A stretch of DNA of 64,000 nt, from the NCBI RefSeq assembly GCF_964355755.1, contig NC_092671.1, positions 13,454,001-13,518,000 on the forward strand, read 5' to 3'. This stretch comes from Antedon mediterranea (taxonomy: Eukaryota; Animalia; Echinodermata). The position numbers and the translations under genes are program-made. Below the pieces are notes generated by a model. It searched no databases and was not told the DNA's origin. It saw nothing but the letters and a program-made list of their open reading frames with translations. This document shows positions 36,001 to 47,299 of the stretch, one piece after another (position 1 is the first letter of the stretch; each line of letters begins with the position of its first letter).

Positions 36001-39000
36001 TTATAATTATAGAAACTGTACTGTATTTTGATGAGTCTCTGTTCTGTTGAAGACATCAATGTCCTATCACCAACTGTACAGTAGTTAACTCTCTTGTATA
36101 ATAAAAACACTATGTACTGTAATAGTTTATCCTAACTATAGTACAATCGAGTTAATTATATAATAATTCCTAATTTTATTGCAACAGGATAATTGATATT
36201 CCAATCTATAAACTTCCATTAAGAATTTTTTTTTTTTTTAATTTGTGTCATAATTTCAGTCCCATTATATAGCATTGCAAGCGAGCAAGAAATAATAATG
36301 CATACATACAATACACACTAATTTACATTTGCGTGATAGTGTAATAATATTCTATAATTTGACTACTTGTAATTTAATACAGTGAAGGTGCTATGTTTCA
36401 ATATTGCAGAGAGTATGATTGACTTTTTTAACAATAAAAATTGTAATACAAACTATATCCACTGATTAATCATAACAGAGTACGGTAACTCCGAAGAGTC
36501 AATTATGGTTTTCATTTTCCAGAGTTAATTGTTTTCTTTTACTATTTAAACCCAAGAATAGTTTTCATTTATTTGTTTAAGGAAGTCAGAAAAACAAGTT
36601 TAGTTTGAAATAATGATTGATATCACTTAAAAGCAGTTGATTTATGTGATATTATGTCCTGTTATTTACTTTTCTTTATTAAATTTAGACTAATGTTGTT
36701 ATGCCAACTAGATTTACATACTAAATATGATATTGTATGTAGTTACAGACAAAATGAGGATATTAGTACTATGGTAAGGGGTTATCTCAAAAACTTTTAA
36801 TAAGCATAAAAAAGGTGGTTGTAACTGACAGTTAATTGACGCATGATTGAATTATTCTTAATAAGGATAAGTCTAAAATGTTATTGATTTTTCAGTTTTT
36901 AAATCACAGATTAATGAAAAGCTAATAATTTGTATTAATCCGCCCATAGCCAAAGCATTGCATATAACAAAATTGAAAAAAAGCCCTATAAATGTATCGA
37001 AGATAATCAGTTTTCCCATATTAAACTATTAAACATTAAAAACAATATATTACCCAAAGTTAATCCAAAATTAACACTAATGAATATGTTCCATTACTAG
37101 ATGGGAGTATCATACTTGAAAATGATTGATTTTTATAATAGAAAAATTGACAGATTTATTTCTATATATATTTTTATTTTGCAGGTGTGTTACCAGAATG
37201 TACTGGTATCCATTCAAAGTATTGTTAACAATTCAACCCAGTGTAGCCAAAGTGTATTATTCAGATCATCTGCCATTTGGCTTGGAATTCAACCTTATGT
37301 TGTGGGCAATTATGCTGATGGATGTATATTGGTTTGTGGTAAGGAAGAAGTATAATTGAACACTAAATTCTTATTTGAGTATTGGATTTGTTTTTATCAT
37401 TTCCGAGTTATTCTCTGTTTTCATTCTAATAAACTTTTGCCACTTTGTTTCATTTTTTAACACTGTTGCTTGCAAAGTCCTTTGTCATCTTAAGAACATA
37501 CTTAACCACTAAATCCTCAATTTCAAATAATTCATCACCAAATCATTGTCATTATTATATATTCAGTTTGATCATATACCACTCCTTTACCATTTCCATC
37601 TACTATATAATTTTCTTCAGTAGTGTTTGTGTATCAGCATTGACATCATGTCATCAGTTTTTGTCCATTCTTAACATTTTCATCAATATTATTATCGATG
37701 TTATCATTATTCATTAATATCATCATTTCCCATATCTTCACCAGTATCAACATCGTCATTATTACTACTTTAATTAACATGTCCATCACCATCACATTCC
37801 TCAGTGATGGACAGAACTGTAAATATAATAAAGCTACTCTACTCCAAAATAATTATTAAATTATACAATACATTAGTACTATTATTAGTAAATTTATTTT
37901 TTAGTTGCTTCCTCTACTGAAAATTCATTTCTTTCTTTCTATCTAAATATATAATGAATAGTTATGAATGAAATACAGTCAAAGCTTCCTCGCTTCCCTC
38001 TCTTTACATCCATGTTTACCAGATCAGTTATTGGTTGTTTTTATTGCTGTCAAAATTAAGTTAAACAAACTTATTTTAGAGAATGACCTTTGTTCTGTTG
38101 ATATAAGTTAGGCAAAGTAAACGGCTATTTGCATTCATTGTGCCTGTTCTGCAGTAAATAGTAAAACACAATGGGACTACTTTATTACATTAGCTATTTT
38201 GAAAAGGGATCATGAATGTTGGTAATTCTTGTTTTGCAGCCTATGCATCTCTATACACTTAAATGCAAAAATCTACTTTGCATTTTAAAATTCTTAAAAG
38301 TCATCATCAATCAAATAGTCAATCATGATAGTGATGTAGTCAATTATTATACCACACCTTTTTCCCACTCCCTTTTTTTTATTCATGTGTGAGTAAATAT
38401 ACTTTCCTTTCCTATCCCATTCTTATACATAGTACATTGTTGGTCCTCTGCTACATACATTGTGCATGACTAAGAACGCCATATTTAAGAACATGGGATC
38501 ATCTCCGTCTATGCAGGCAATGCCAATAGAATTCATAATCCCAATTTTCTCGTTTTCCACCATTGCAATCAATCACAACAATTAAGGAAAATAGTATGAT
38601 AAAATCCATCTTGTGAAGATAATTTAAGAATGTTTCATCTCTTGTTACTTTATAACTTTATGGCTATGTACTTTAGTCGGTCTATAAATGTCTGTGGCAT
38701 CACGATCGTTTATTAGATTGGAAATGGGAATGAGCTAATACATCACTGTCTGCTGTAATTGTTGGAGTCTAATGAAAATGAAACCCATGTAAATGCACTG
38801 TTATGTTATTTTTAGCAGCAAAGGCACATTATTCACAAAAACAATGATAATCAAGTTTATCCCTGAACTCCTACGATGGTTGGGATAAAGTATTGAAAGG
38901 CCCATGTGGCCAGAAATGACACTAGTGTATAGTTTATGTTATTTTATAATACATTTCAGTTTTAGGCAATACAACCCTTTTGATTTATATTGTCACACAC

Positions 39001-42000
39001 AGGTTTTAGTATTTGTTTTCAATCATTATTATGGGCTTGTAAAAAAGTGTTTTTTTATCTACTAACTTTAGTTTAAGTGTATTTAGAGGTCATTTCATGT
39101 AGAGGTCCAGATATCTGCAGTACGTAGATAAATTTGTGAATATCAATTGGCTGATAATATAAAGTCCATTAGCTTTTAGAAGACCTCTCAGTATCATTAA
39201 CATGCACACTTGGTACTTATCATGCAAGAAACTGTCTGGTTTAAGTGGTTTACTTAGAAGCTATCCATTGCGTTGTTGCGGTGATTATGATTGTGTCCAT
39301 GAATTATGTCAACGACTTTCCTAATAAATTTTGTGATGATTAGCGCTTTTTACCATTGAAATAGTTAAATTTAATATGTTCTTCATAACCATTTTATTAT
39401 TATTTCCATATTTGAGGTAATATCCAACGAGTACAGAACTTGTTAAATCGAACATTTTTGTTTTTTACCAAATTTTATAATTGGTCATAGCTTCTGAAAT
39501 TAATATTTTGTGGTTGAGCTAGTATGTGTTGCCATGTTTTATCATTGGTTAAGCTAGTTGGTGTGGCCATGTTTTATCATTGGTTGAGCTAGTATGTGTT
39601 GCCATGTTTTATCATTGGTTAAGCTAGTTGGTGTGGCCATGTTTTATCATTGGTTGAGCTGGTAGGTGTGGCCATGTTTTATCATTGGTTAAGCTAGTTG
39701 GTGTTGCCATGTTTTATCATTGGTTGAGCTGGTAGGTGTGGCCATGTTTTATCATTGGTTAAGCTAGTAGGTGTGGCCATGTTTTATTCTTGGTTGAGCT
39801 AGTGGGGGTGTGGCCATGTTTTATTCTTGGTTGAGCTGGTAGGTGTGGCCATGTTTTATCATTGGTTAAGCTAGTTGGTGTGGCCATTTTTTATCATTGG
39901 TTGAGCTGGTAGGTGTGGCCATGTTTTTTATCATTGGTTAAGCTAGTTGGTGTGGCCATGTTTTATCATTGGTTAAGCTAGTTGGTGTGGCCATGTTTTA
40001 TCATTGGTTAAGCTAGTTGGTGTGGCCATGTTTTATCATTGGTTGAGCTGGTAGGTGTGGCCATGTTTTATCATTGGTTAATCTAGTTGGTGTGGCCATG
40101 TTTTATCATTGGTTGAGCTGGTAGGTGTGGCCATGTTTTATCATTGGTTAAGCTAGTAGGTGTGGCCATGTTTTATTCTTGGTTGAGCTAGTGGGGGTGT
40201 GGCCATGTTTTATTCTTGGTTGAGCTGGTAGGTGTGGCCATGTTTTATCATTGTTTAAGCTAGTTGGTGTGGCCATGTTTTATCATTGGTTGAGCTGGTA
40301 GGTGTGGCCATGTTTTATCATTGGTTAAGCTAGTTGGTGTGGCCATGTTTTATCATTGGTTGAGCTGGTGGGTATGGCCATGTTTTATCATTGGTTGAGC
40401 TGGTAGGTGTGGCCATGTTTTATCATTGGTTAAGCTAGTTGGTGTGGCCATGTTTTATCATTGGTTAAGCTTGTGGGTATGGCCATGTTTTATCATTGGT
40501 TGAGCTAGTAGGTGTGGCCATGTTTTATCATTGGTTAAGCTAGTTGGTGTGGCCATGTTTTATCATTGGTTGAGCTGGTGGGTATGGCCATGTTTTATCA
40601 TTGGTTAAGCTAGTTGGTGTGGCCATGTTTTATCATTGGTTGAGCTGGTGGGTATGGCCATGTTTTATCATTGGTTGAGCTAGTAGGTGTGGCCATGTTT
40701 TATTCTTGGTTAACTTGTGGGGGTGTGGCCATGTTTTATCATTGGTTAAGCTAGTTGGTGTGGCCATGTTTTATCATTGGTTGAGCTGGTAGGTTTGCTA
40801 GGCTCGCGCTAACCGCTCGCCAATTCGCCAATGGCGACTGGAGTCTCCATTTGGCGAAAATAATTATTGCCTCGTTCGCCAAATTGGCGAAAATACATTT
40901 CCAAGCCTAGGCCTAGCCTGGTCGGCGTGACTTCTTATGGGAGCGAGAATTCGCCACACTTCGGTACTTTCTGACTCGGGTACACTTTTTACCACAACAG
41001 CATTTTATGTGACGACGTCACGATCGCCGTGTTCATTTTTTTAGTTCTGTTTAAACATGCGCAGAGCGTGCCTCGATGACGTTTTAATGACACACAGTTA
41101 ATGTGATTGGTTCGTGGCCGGTCGTCGTCGACGTGATGATGAGCGAATAAAAGGGGAAGTCCCTATTCTTCGACGTAGAAAATGAACTTCGAGAAGAAAA
41201 TGTAAACAGAAACATGTGGACGAATACTTCCGTAAACGAGGCTGTTCTGTTATTTAAAAAGGGGAATTTTAAATTTAACAAAGTAATTACCTCAATAGTA
41301 TAATGTTAACATGTTTAATTTTATTTCCCTTTCGATTATTCTAACCGAAAGTTGCGCTTTAAATTGAATAGCTAAGAAACAACGTATACTACAACGGCAA
41401 CCCTGGCCAAAGCGCGTTTCGGCCGCCTTCATAGAATGGGTTACGGCCGCTGCATAGCAAATTCAAAGCTTCTTAAATTTCTGTGGTACATTTCTTCCTA
41501 ACGTACTTGTTTTATATAATAGATTGATAAATATTCCACTTATTAAATAATTTAATAAATCGGTAAAATTGACGTTTCGAAGCAAGTATTCCATGATGAG
41601 AGGCGACATTTTTCGACATGCCTCGTGTGCGGTGAATACTAGTTCAGAAAATGGAACAGTCCACTGTGCGGGGGTTATCCAATCATTAATTAACGCGCTA
41701 ATACCTAGGCGACGGTAATTTAGTAATAAGCGGAGAACTGAATCCCCCGTAAGGAAAATGGTAAACACTGATATTTATGGTAGGGATTATTTTTTTCAGT
41801 GGTTGGTCTTGTTGGCTTCTTCGCACCAGGTCCACGCAAAGTCAAATAAAACGATGTGGTTTATCAAACAGAAATATAAATTAGCTTTAATTCATTACTA
41901 AATTAGCCAGATTTTGATAATGAGAAAGGCTAAAAAATTGTTATCGTTAAAATTGACATATGAGGCGGATGTACATAATAATAATAACCGATTTACATAT

Positions 42001-44542
42001 CAAAATAAAGAGTATTTAAAGCCTGATAACATGCAACAAAAATTACTCCACCACCTATTATGGACCTCGTGCGATCGGGTGCGAAAATGGGTAGGTGTTT
42101 TCCGAAGTTATTTTTAGCGCGCAGATTTCGTCTCGCCGGCTTTTGTACCTCATTTTTAACTCGTGTTTTCTATTAAAATATTTAATAAACATAGATTAAA
42201 AATATATAAAAATAATCCCTTAAACAAGATCTTTCCAGGCATATAATTTTTATTCTCATGGGTACATAAGAAATAGTATATTTTTAACTTCAAAGACACG
42301 TCACTTTTTGAAATTTCACGAACGTGTTAAAATCGCGGTAACGAAAACCAGCTTCATTGGGATAAATAATAATAATATAAATGTAAAAGAAGTAAAATAA
42401 CAAACAAATACATGCATTATTTATTTAATAAACATTTTTGCGAATTTTTATGGTTTTTTAAATTTGGCTAAAGGATTTTCAATTTGGCTAATGTTTTTCA
42501 AAACCTTTCGCCATTTTGGCGAACGAAAATTTGACCTTAGCGCGAGCGTAGGGTTTGGCCATGTTTTATCATTGGTTAAGCTAGTTGGTGTGGCCATGTT
42601 TTATCATTGGTGGAGCTGGTAGGTGTGGCCATGTTTTATCATTGGTTAAGCTGGTTGGTGTGGCCATGTTTTATCATTGGTTGAGCTGGTGGGTATGGCC
42701 ATGTTTTATCATTGGTTGAGCTAGTAGGTGTGGCCATGTTTTATTCTTGGTTAACTTGTGGGGGTGTGGCCATGTTTTATTCTTGGTTGAGCTAGTGGGT
42801 GTGGCCATGTTTTATTCTTGGTTGAGCTAGTGAGTGTGGCCATTTATTTAGCCATTTTGTGCCTAATTTTTGAACTTGTAATTTATAATGTCTGTTAGTG
42901 TAGTTTAAAATTCAGACCATGTTTACAATCTCAACATATCTCAAGCAAACCGGTTTATAAATGATGTTTTTAATCATTGACTAGATCAACATGTCTGCTA
43001 TTCAGAAACCAGTTGACATTATTCGTATAATATTAATGTATAACAGTCATTTATACTATTGTGCAAGGTATTGTATTTTCGGTGATTTCAGCCAGAGTTT
43101 TGTTGTTTTGTTTGAAATAAATTAGTTCTTCAATATATAAACAATAAAATAACAAACTGTATATTAATTTTGTTTTTCAGTTTATTGTTATCCTACTTGT
43201 CAAAATATTGACAGGAACAATGAAAGAGATGGAAGACATCAGAGAAGATAACGATGGTGCGACAGCTGTTGGAAAACCTGTAACAAACGGCACAAGTACA
43301 GAGTACAGCACCAATGGGTAAATGTCTATAATTGTCATGCTATTATATTGCCATACTAGCTTTAATTTTTAAAAAAGCAAAAAAACATGCTAAATAATAG
43401 TGCTCTGTTTGAATAAGTACACTACCACCTCCTCCCCATCGTCGTACACTACCTCCTCCCCTCGTCATACACTACCTCCTCTTCTTGTCGTACACTACCT
43501 CCTCCCCTTGTCGTACACTACCTCCTCCCCTTGTCGTACACTTCCTCCTCCCCTTGTCGTACACTACCTCCTCCCTCTTGTCGTACACTACCTCCTCCCT
43601 CTTGTCGTACACTTCCTCCTCCCCTTGTCGTACACTTCCTCCTCCCCTTGTCGTACACTACCTCCTCCCCTTGTCATGCACTACCTCCTCCCCTTGTCGT
43701 ACATTACCTCCTCCCCTTGTCATACACTACCTCCTCCATTTGTCGTACACTACCTCCTCCCCTTGTCGTACACTACCTCCTCTCCTTGTCATGCACTACC
43801 TCCTCCCCTTGTCGTACACTACCTCCTCCATTTGTCGTACATTACCTCCTCCCCTTGTCATACACTACCTCCTCCATTTGTCGTACACTACCTCCTCCCC
43901 TTGTCGTACACTACCTCCTCCCCTTGTCGTACATTACCTCCTCCCCTTGTCATGCACTTCCTCCTCCCCTTGTCGTACACTTCCTCCTCCCTTTGTCGTA
44001 CACTACCTCCTCCCCTTGTCGTACACTTCCTCCTCCCCTTGTCGTACACTTCCTCCTCCCCTTGTCGTACACTTCCTCCTCCCCTTGTCGTACACTACCT
44101 CCTCCCCTTGTCGTACACTACTTCCTCCCCTTGTCGTACACTACCTCCTCCCCTTGTCGTACACTACCTCCTCCCCTTGTCGTACACTACCTCCTCCCCT
44201 TGTCGTACACTACCTCCTCCCCTTGTCGTACACTACCTCCTCCCCTTGTCGTGCACTACCTCCTCTCCTTGTCGTGCATTACCTCCTCCATTTGTCGTAC
44301 ACTACCTCCTCCCTTGCAACAATTAAGAACAATCCCATTCAGGCCCTCATTCCAAAACCAGTAGAAACAGGCCTTACAGTTTACATTATTGTTCATTTAT
44401 GCATAATATAAAACGAGTTGCTAATCATAATTTTAATTGTTTCACTTATTTCTTTTTCAGAATTGCAAATGGCAACGGTGTGAAGAGGAGGCAGGTTGGA
44501 GGAAATGGTACCATGCATTCAAATCATAATCATGCCGAGTAG
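23783..44542 (+). CDS. CERS1: Ceramide synthase 1-like (TLC/Lag1p domain, no homeodomain), copy A, complete, 367 aa
   Basis: Exons 23783-24007, 30837-30996, 34932-35112, 35380-35544, 37185-37338, 43181-43317 and 44461-44542 total 1104 nt in one frame with all GT-AG junctions. Motifs AAKFPESAWRF, QGSFYLHS, WRSDS...IHHVLT, RYH...HDFNDIFLE, RMYWYPFKVL, EDIRE. Confidence 0.93.
25379..25408. repeat. Perfect 30-bp palindrome
   Basis: CTGACATATGCCCCA|TGGGGCATATGTCAG, no spacer. Confidence 0.9.
26638..26720 (+). ncRNA. tRNA-derived pseudogene / Pol III cassette
   Basis: A-box-like TGGCGCAGCG (26644), B-box GAGTTCAAGACCC (26694-26706) and TTTT at 26717-26720. The acceptor stem does not pair, so this is not a functional tRNA. 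Confidence 0.45.
26767..27830. mobile_element. PIF/Harbinger-type non-autonomous element (1064 bp)
   Basis: TIRs GACCCCATTTACACTTCA / TGAAGTGTAAATGAGGTC, 3-bp TSD ATA, repeated subterminal AGTGTAAACAC and GCCGGC motifs. Confidence 0.85.
28084..28387. mobile_element. piggyBac-type MITE (304 bp)
   Basis: TTAA|CACATTGACTGCCA ... TGGCAGTGAACGTG|TTAA (12 of 14 TIR positions match). Confidence 0.75.
28810..30399. mobile_element. Kolobok-like non-autonomous element (host)
   Basis: TTAA|AGATGTATTGTC ... GACAATACATCT|TTAA; RR..YY termini with a TTAA TSD. Confidence 0.8.
28939..29973. mobile_element. Second TTAA-specific (Kolobok-like) element nested in the host
   Basis: TTAA|AATGGACCTGAAATGGA ... 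TCCATTTCAGGTCCATT|TTAA; a free-standing relative lies at 59312-59971. Confidence 0.82.
30837..30996 (+). CDS. CERS1: CerS1-A exon 2
   Basis: tttag|PLTNHLQLTPVNAAKFPESAWRFTFY...FKG|gtacgt, 160 nt. Confidence 0.93.
32114..32934 (+). mobile_element. PIF/Harbinger deletion derivative with a Myb/SANT-like ORF remnant
   Basis: TIRs GGCCCTGTTTCTGCTGC / GCAGCAGAAACAGGCCC, TSD AAT, subterminal AATACCGTAT repeats. The internal peptide KQEYGIDLSPKQVNSKLK...KDNNSGRKQITCPHYD resembles Harbinger Myb/SANT (trihelix) proteins. Confidence 0.8.
33438..33765 (+). mobile_element. tRNA-derived SINE (degenerate)
   Basis: A-box TGGCCAAGCAGTTAAGG; core AGAGTAGGGGTTACCCCGGTGTACT resembles the Deu/Nin SINE domain; homologous to 61684-61932. 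Confidence 0.65.
34932..35112 (+). CDS. CERS1: CerS1-A exon 3 (Lag1p HH motif)
   Basis: ttcag|GWTVG...DVWRSDSLVLCIHHVLTLILITFSYTVR|gtaagt, 181 nt. Confidence 0.95.
35380..35544 (+). CDS. CERS1: CerS1-A exon 4
   Basis: ttcag|YHVLGSLVLLCHDFNDIFLELAK...FFVSW|gtaagt, 165 nt. Confidence 0.94.
37185..37338 (+). CDS. CERS1: CerS1-A exon 5
   Basis: tgcag|CVTRMYWYPFKVL...MDVYWFV|gtaagg, 154 nt. Confidence 0.93.
40798..42551. mobile_element. hAT-like non-autonomous element inserted in the minisatellite
   Basis: TIRs CTAGGCTCGCGCTAA / TTAGCGCGAGCGTAG with TTCGCCA/TTGGCGAA subterminal repeats. The flanking duplication GGTTTG differs from the satellite consensus GGTGTG. Confidence 0.75.
41273..42364 (+). 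mobile_element. Truncated 3' half of the 54928-56951 element, nested inside the hAT-like element
   Basis: Colinear high similarity to 55815-56948; ends at CATTGGGATA, 3 nt short of the TIR end. Confidence 0.88.
43181..43317 (+). CDS. CERS1: CerS1-A exon 6
   Basis: ttcag|FIVILLVKILTGTMKEMEDIRED...STNG|gtaaat, 137 nt. Confidence 0.9.
43417..44315. repeat. 23-bp minisatellite (TGTCGTACACTACCTCCTCCCCT)n in CerS1-A intron 6
   Basis: About 39 units; explains the three overlapping stop-free plus-strand ORFs with a 23-aa period. Confidence 0.96.
44461..44542 (+). CDS. CERS1: CerS1-A exon 7 (terminal)
   Basis: ttttcag|IANGNGVKRRQVGGNGTMHSNHNHAE*; phase 2 matches exon 6. Confidence 0.8.
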
Positions 44543-45247
44543 AAGCTTGACAAAATTTGTATTAAGCATTGATAGTCTAAATTGCTTTTGAACTCTTAAA
44601 CATGATTTTTGTTATAACCCGTTGATTACTACATAAATTATGTTGCATATTTCGCCTCGTTTTTAGCACGTCTTATGGATATTTCATTTATATGCTATAT
44701 GGTTGTGGTTTCAAAGCTGTCATTGCCTCTTTCAAGTTCCACAGTATAATTACCTGTAAATGTGTTCCATCAAAAGTTCTGCATTGGAGAGGTAAAATCC
44801 AGATTTCTGACAAGAGATGCAATTTTTTTTTTTACGCAGTTGTAAAATTCAATACTTGGAGATAATAACTTTTCAAATACATTTGTAAATTTACTTTATA
44901 TTGTAATTAGCATTTGCTTTGGCATTCATGTTGCATAATGGAAATATAAATATGAGATATTAACACATCAAAGTACCAATAGCCTTATTGCAACAAGTCT
45001 TATTGCCATGTTATGACACAAGATTGCATAATATACACACTACAGGATGTAGGATATAGCTTAAGTAGCCATTCTTCAGTCGCTGTGCCTTTTTTCACTC
45101 AATTGAATACCTAGTATTTGAATAGGTTAGCAATGTTTAATTGTTAAATCAAACCTCATGACCTAGTGGCTGTTTCAATCATAACATTGCGGGATACTAA
45201 AAAATGATTGAGTAATAAACGGAGGCACCAATGGAACAATATTTGAA

Positions 45248-45402
45248 TACAGTAGAATTCTTTTATTGGGAAACCTCTATTAAGGAACACTTTGTGTGTA
45301 TGAATACAATATGTTTTAACACCCTATTCAAGGGATGCTCCTATTTAGAGGTCACTTCGTTGGGCCCCAGAGGTTTCTCCTCAGTAGGAGGTTTACCATG
45401 TA
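45248..45402. mobile_element. Degenerate Tc1/mariner (pogo/Tigger-type) MITE
   Basis: TA|CAGTAGAATTC... and ...GAGGTTTACCATG|TA ends; related GGGGACAC/GTCCC fragments at ~28760, ~50690 and ~53275. Confidence 0.4.
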
Positions 45403-47299
45403 CATCCAGGAATTCATTGTGGTTCAGTTAACAGTCTTCTCACTGCACCAAACCAAGACACTTTTTATTAAGTTTTTAAATAATTGACTGTTCTTTTGCA
45501 TTTAATTTTGTTATTGTTATTTTCCACATGGGTGAAAGTAATTCACGTTAATGTTATGGTGTCAAATATTAACTTGTGTGGTGTGTATTCACATTTTTTT
45601 CAATATATTAACCAAGTTTGTCTTTACAATAAGCAAGGGATTTAAAACATAAGTTAATTCACTTTTCCTAATGTAAATACACTATTTTGTTACCTTCTGT
45701 GTATGTTGATTTTATACTGATCTTGATTTTGTAAAATGTCGATCAATGGGAATAGTGAGATAGATCTGGGTTTTAATTTTGACAAGGTGCTAGATTATTA
45801 AGAATAGAATTTATGTTTGTAATTTTCAAATTACCGTAATATCTCCCATTTACACATTCTTTTAGAATATATATTGGTAGCTTCTTGCTGGGAGTCCTAC
45901 CACTAGAACAAGTATGTTAACACTTTTTGGCATAAAATACTGTATACCTCTAGAATGTGTATTAATAATGTGTATTAATAACTATTTTGGTGATTGTAAA
46001 ATACAGTATTTATAGTTGAGAAGAAGTTGATTGGGAGATGGTACTGTAATTATTATAATGGTGATTGGTGTATGTAGTTAATCTGTGTGGTAAGAGTATG
46101 TCGAATATTGTTTATTAGTAATATCAGTTTTGCGGTACACTATGTCATTCCAAAAAGTAGTAAAGTATGCTTGAGAACAGTCTCAACTTTACTACCTTCT
46201 AGAAACACATGGGTACAACAAACCTAACTTCACTGGTGTTTATTCGACCATGACAACCTATAAACAATATATTGTTTATTGTTATTACTATTATTATTAG
46301 TATTTTGTAAATTTCAATATCTTGACTTTTTGATGTGCAATGTCAATGGTATAATTTTGGTTAATGGAGCTTTGGGTAAAATTGCCATCTCCACATAATA
46401 GTAAACCCGGATTATTTTTGCATAAATTTAAATTCCTACATGCATATATTTACAATGAATTTGACAAACATTTCTTGCATCAATAATCAATATTGTATAG
46501 TAACACTTGATGATAGTTAGCCAGCAAGTCTGACCTGGCTGACCTTATGCTCATTCATCCCTGCTGTAAGCAAAATGCTTCTTTATAAATCAACATTTTT
46601 CACATGTTTCATTGTTGATATAGATATTTGTGAAAATCTTTTCATTATTGGAAAAAAAGTATAAAATAAAATATATTTCTGGAAATTCTTAAAATTGAGT
46701 TGTATTCTCTTCCCTGTTAAAAACAAAACAAATCAATCCAACTAGTATATTTTGCCTATATTAATTACAAAAATATATCTATAAATTTAATATAAAAGTT
46801 TTGTTTAAATGTTGAAGCACAGGGGGTTTTTATTTGTAAAATATATTTAAAATATTCATTGATTATTCATAATAATTTATTAACCGATATTTGATTTTTA
46901 ATATTTAAATTGTTTATTCAAAAAGTGGATAAATAGTCTAAATTGTGATGTTATTGCTCACACCATTTTGTTAGTGTTAGTAATATATCATTGTTATTAC
47001 AACAGTCTAACATTAGAATATTAATAATATATTATACTCTTCAGAAAAATGACAAAGTTGATTGGAGGCCTGGAATTTGTTTTATAGTCATTGAATATAT
47101 ATATATATATACTTTTTTCTTAAATTTATATGCAAAAATCTTCCAAAATAGTTAATTCTAAATGCATTGCTTAGGATCAATTATTATGTAAGAAATGTAT
47201 GGTGTATTTAGAATTTCTTTTATTAGACAAAACAAAAATTTACCAATGAAGAAGTCTCAATTTTTCACCAGACTCTACTGGTGAAAACTGTATTTTTAC

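Larger units (their letters stand above)
39511..42843. repeat. 35-bp minisatellite (GCCATGTTTTATCATTGGTTRAGCTRGTWGGTGTG)n, interrupted by a transposon
   Basis: About 37 units at 39511-40797 and about 8 units at 42552-42843; period checked at 39531/39566/39601. Confidence 0.95.

Noticed and set aside
37445-37800. His/Ile-rich ORF
   Set aside because: Degenerate (ATC/CAT)n low-complexity intron sequence; a similar tract lies at ~62920-63140.
41914-42117. Similar ORFs at 41914 and 56536 (YEADVHNNNNRFTYQNKEYLKPDNMQQK) suggesting a duplicated gene
   Set aside because: The similarity comes from two copies of the same non-coding transposon segment; frames differ by indels and there is no recognisable domain.
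39511-42843. Regular ~35-bp repeats superficially like a CRISPR array
   Set aside because: The units are contiguous with no unique spacers, the context is a eukaryotic intron, and there are no cas genes.
43400-44411. Three long overlapping ORFs (308, 308 and 277 aa)
   Set aside because: They are translations of a 23-bp minisatellite inside CerS1-A intron 6, begin at non-ATG codons, and have no domain content.
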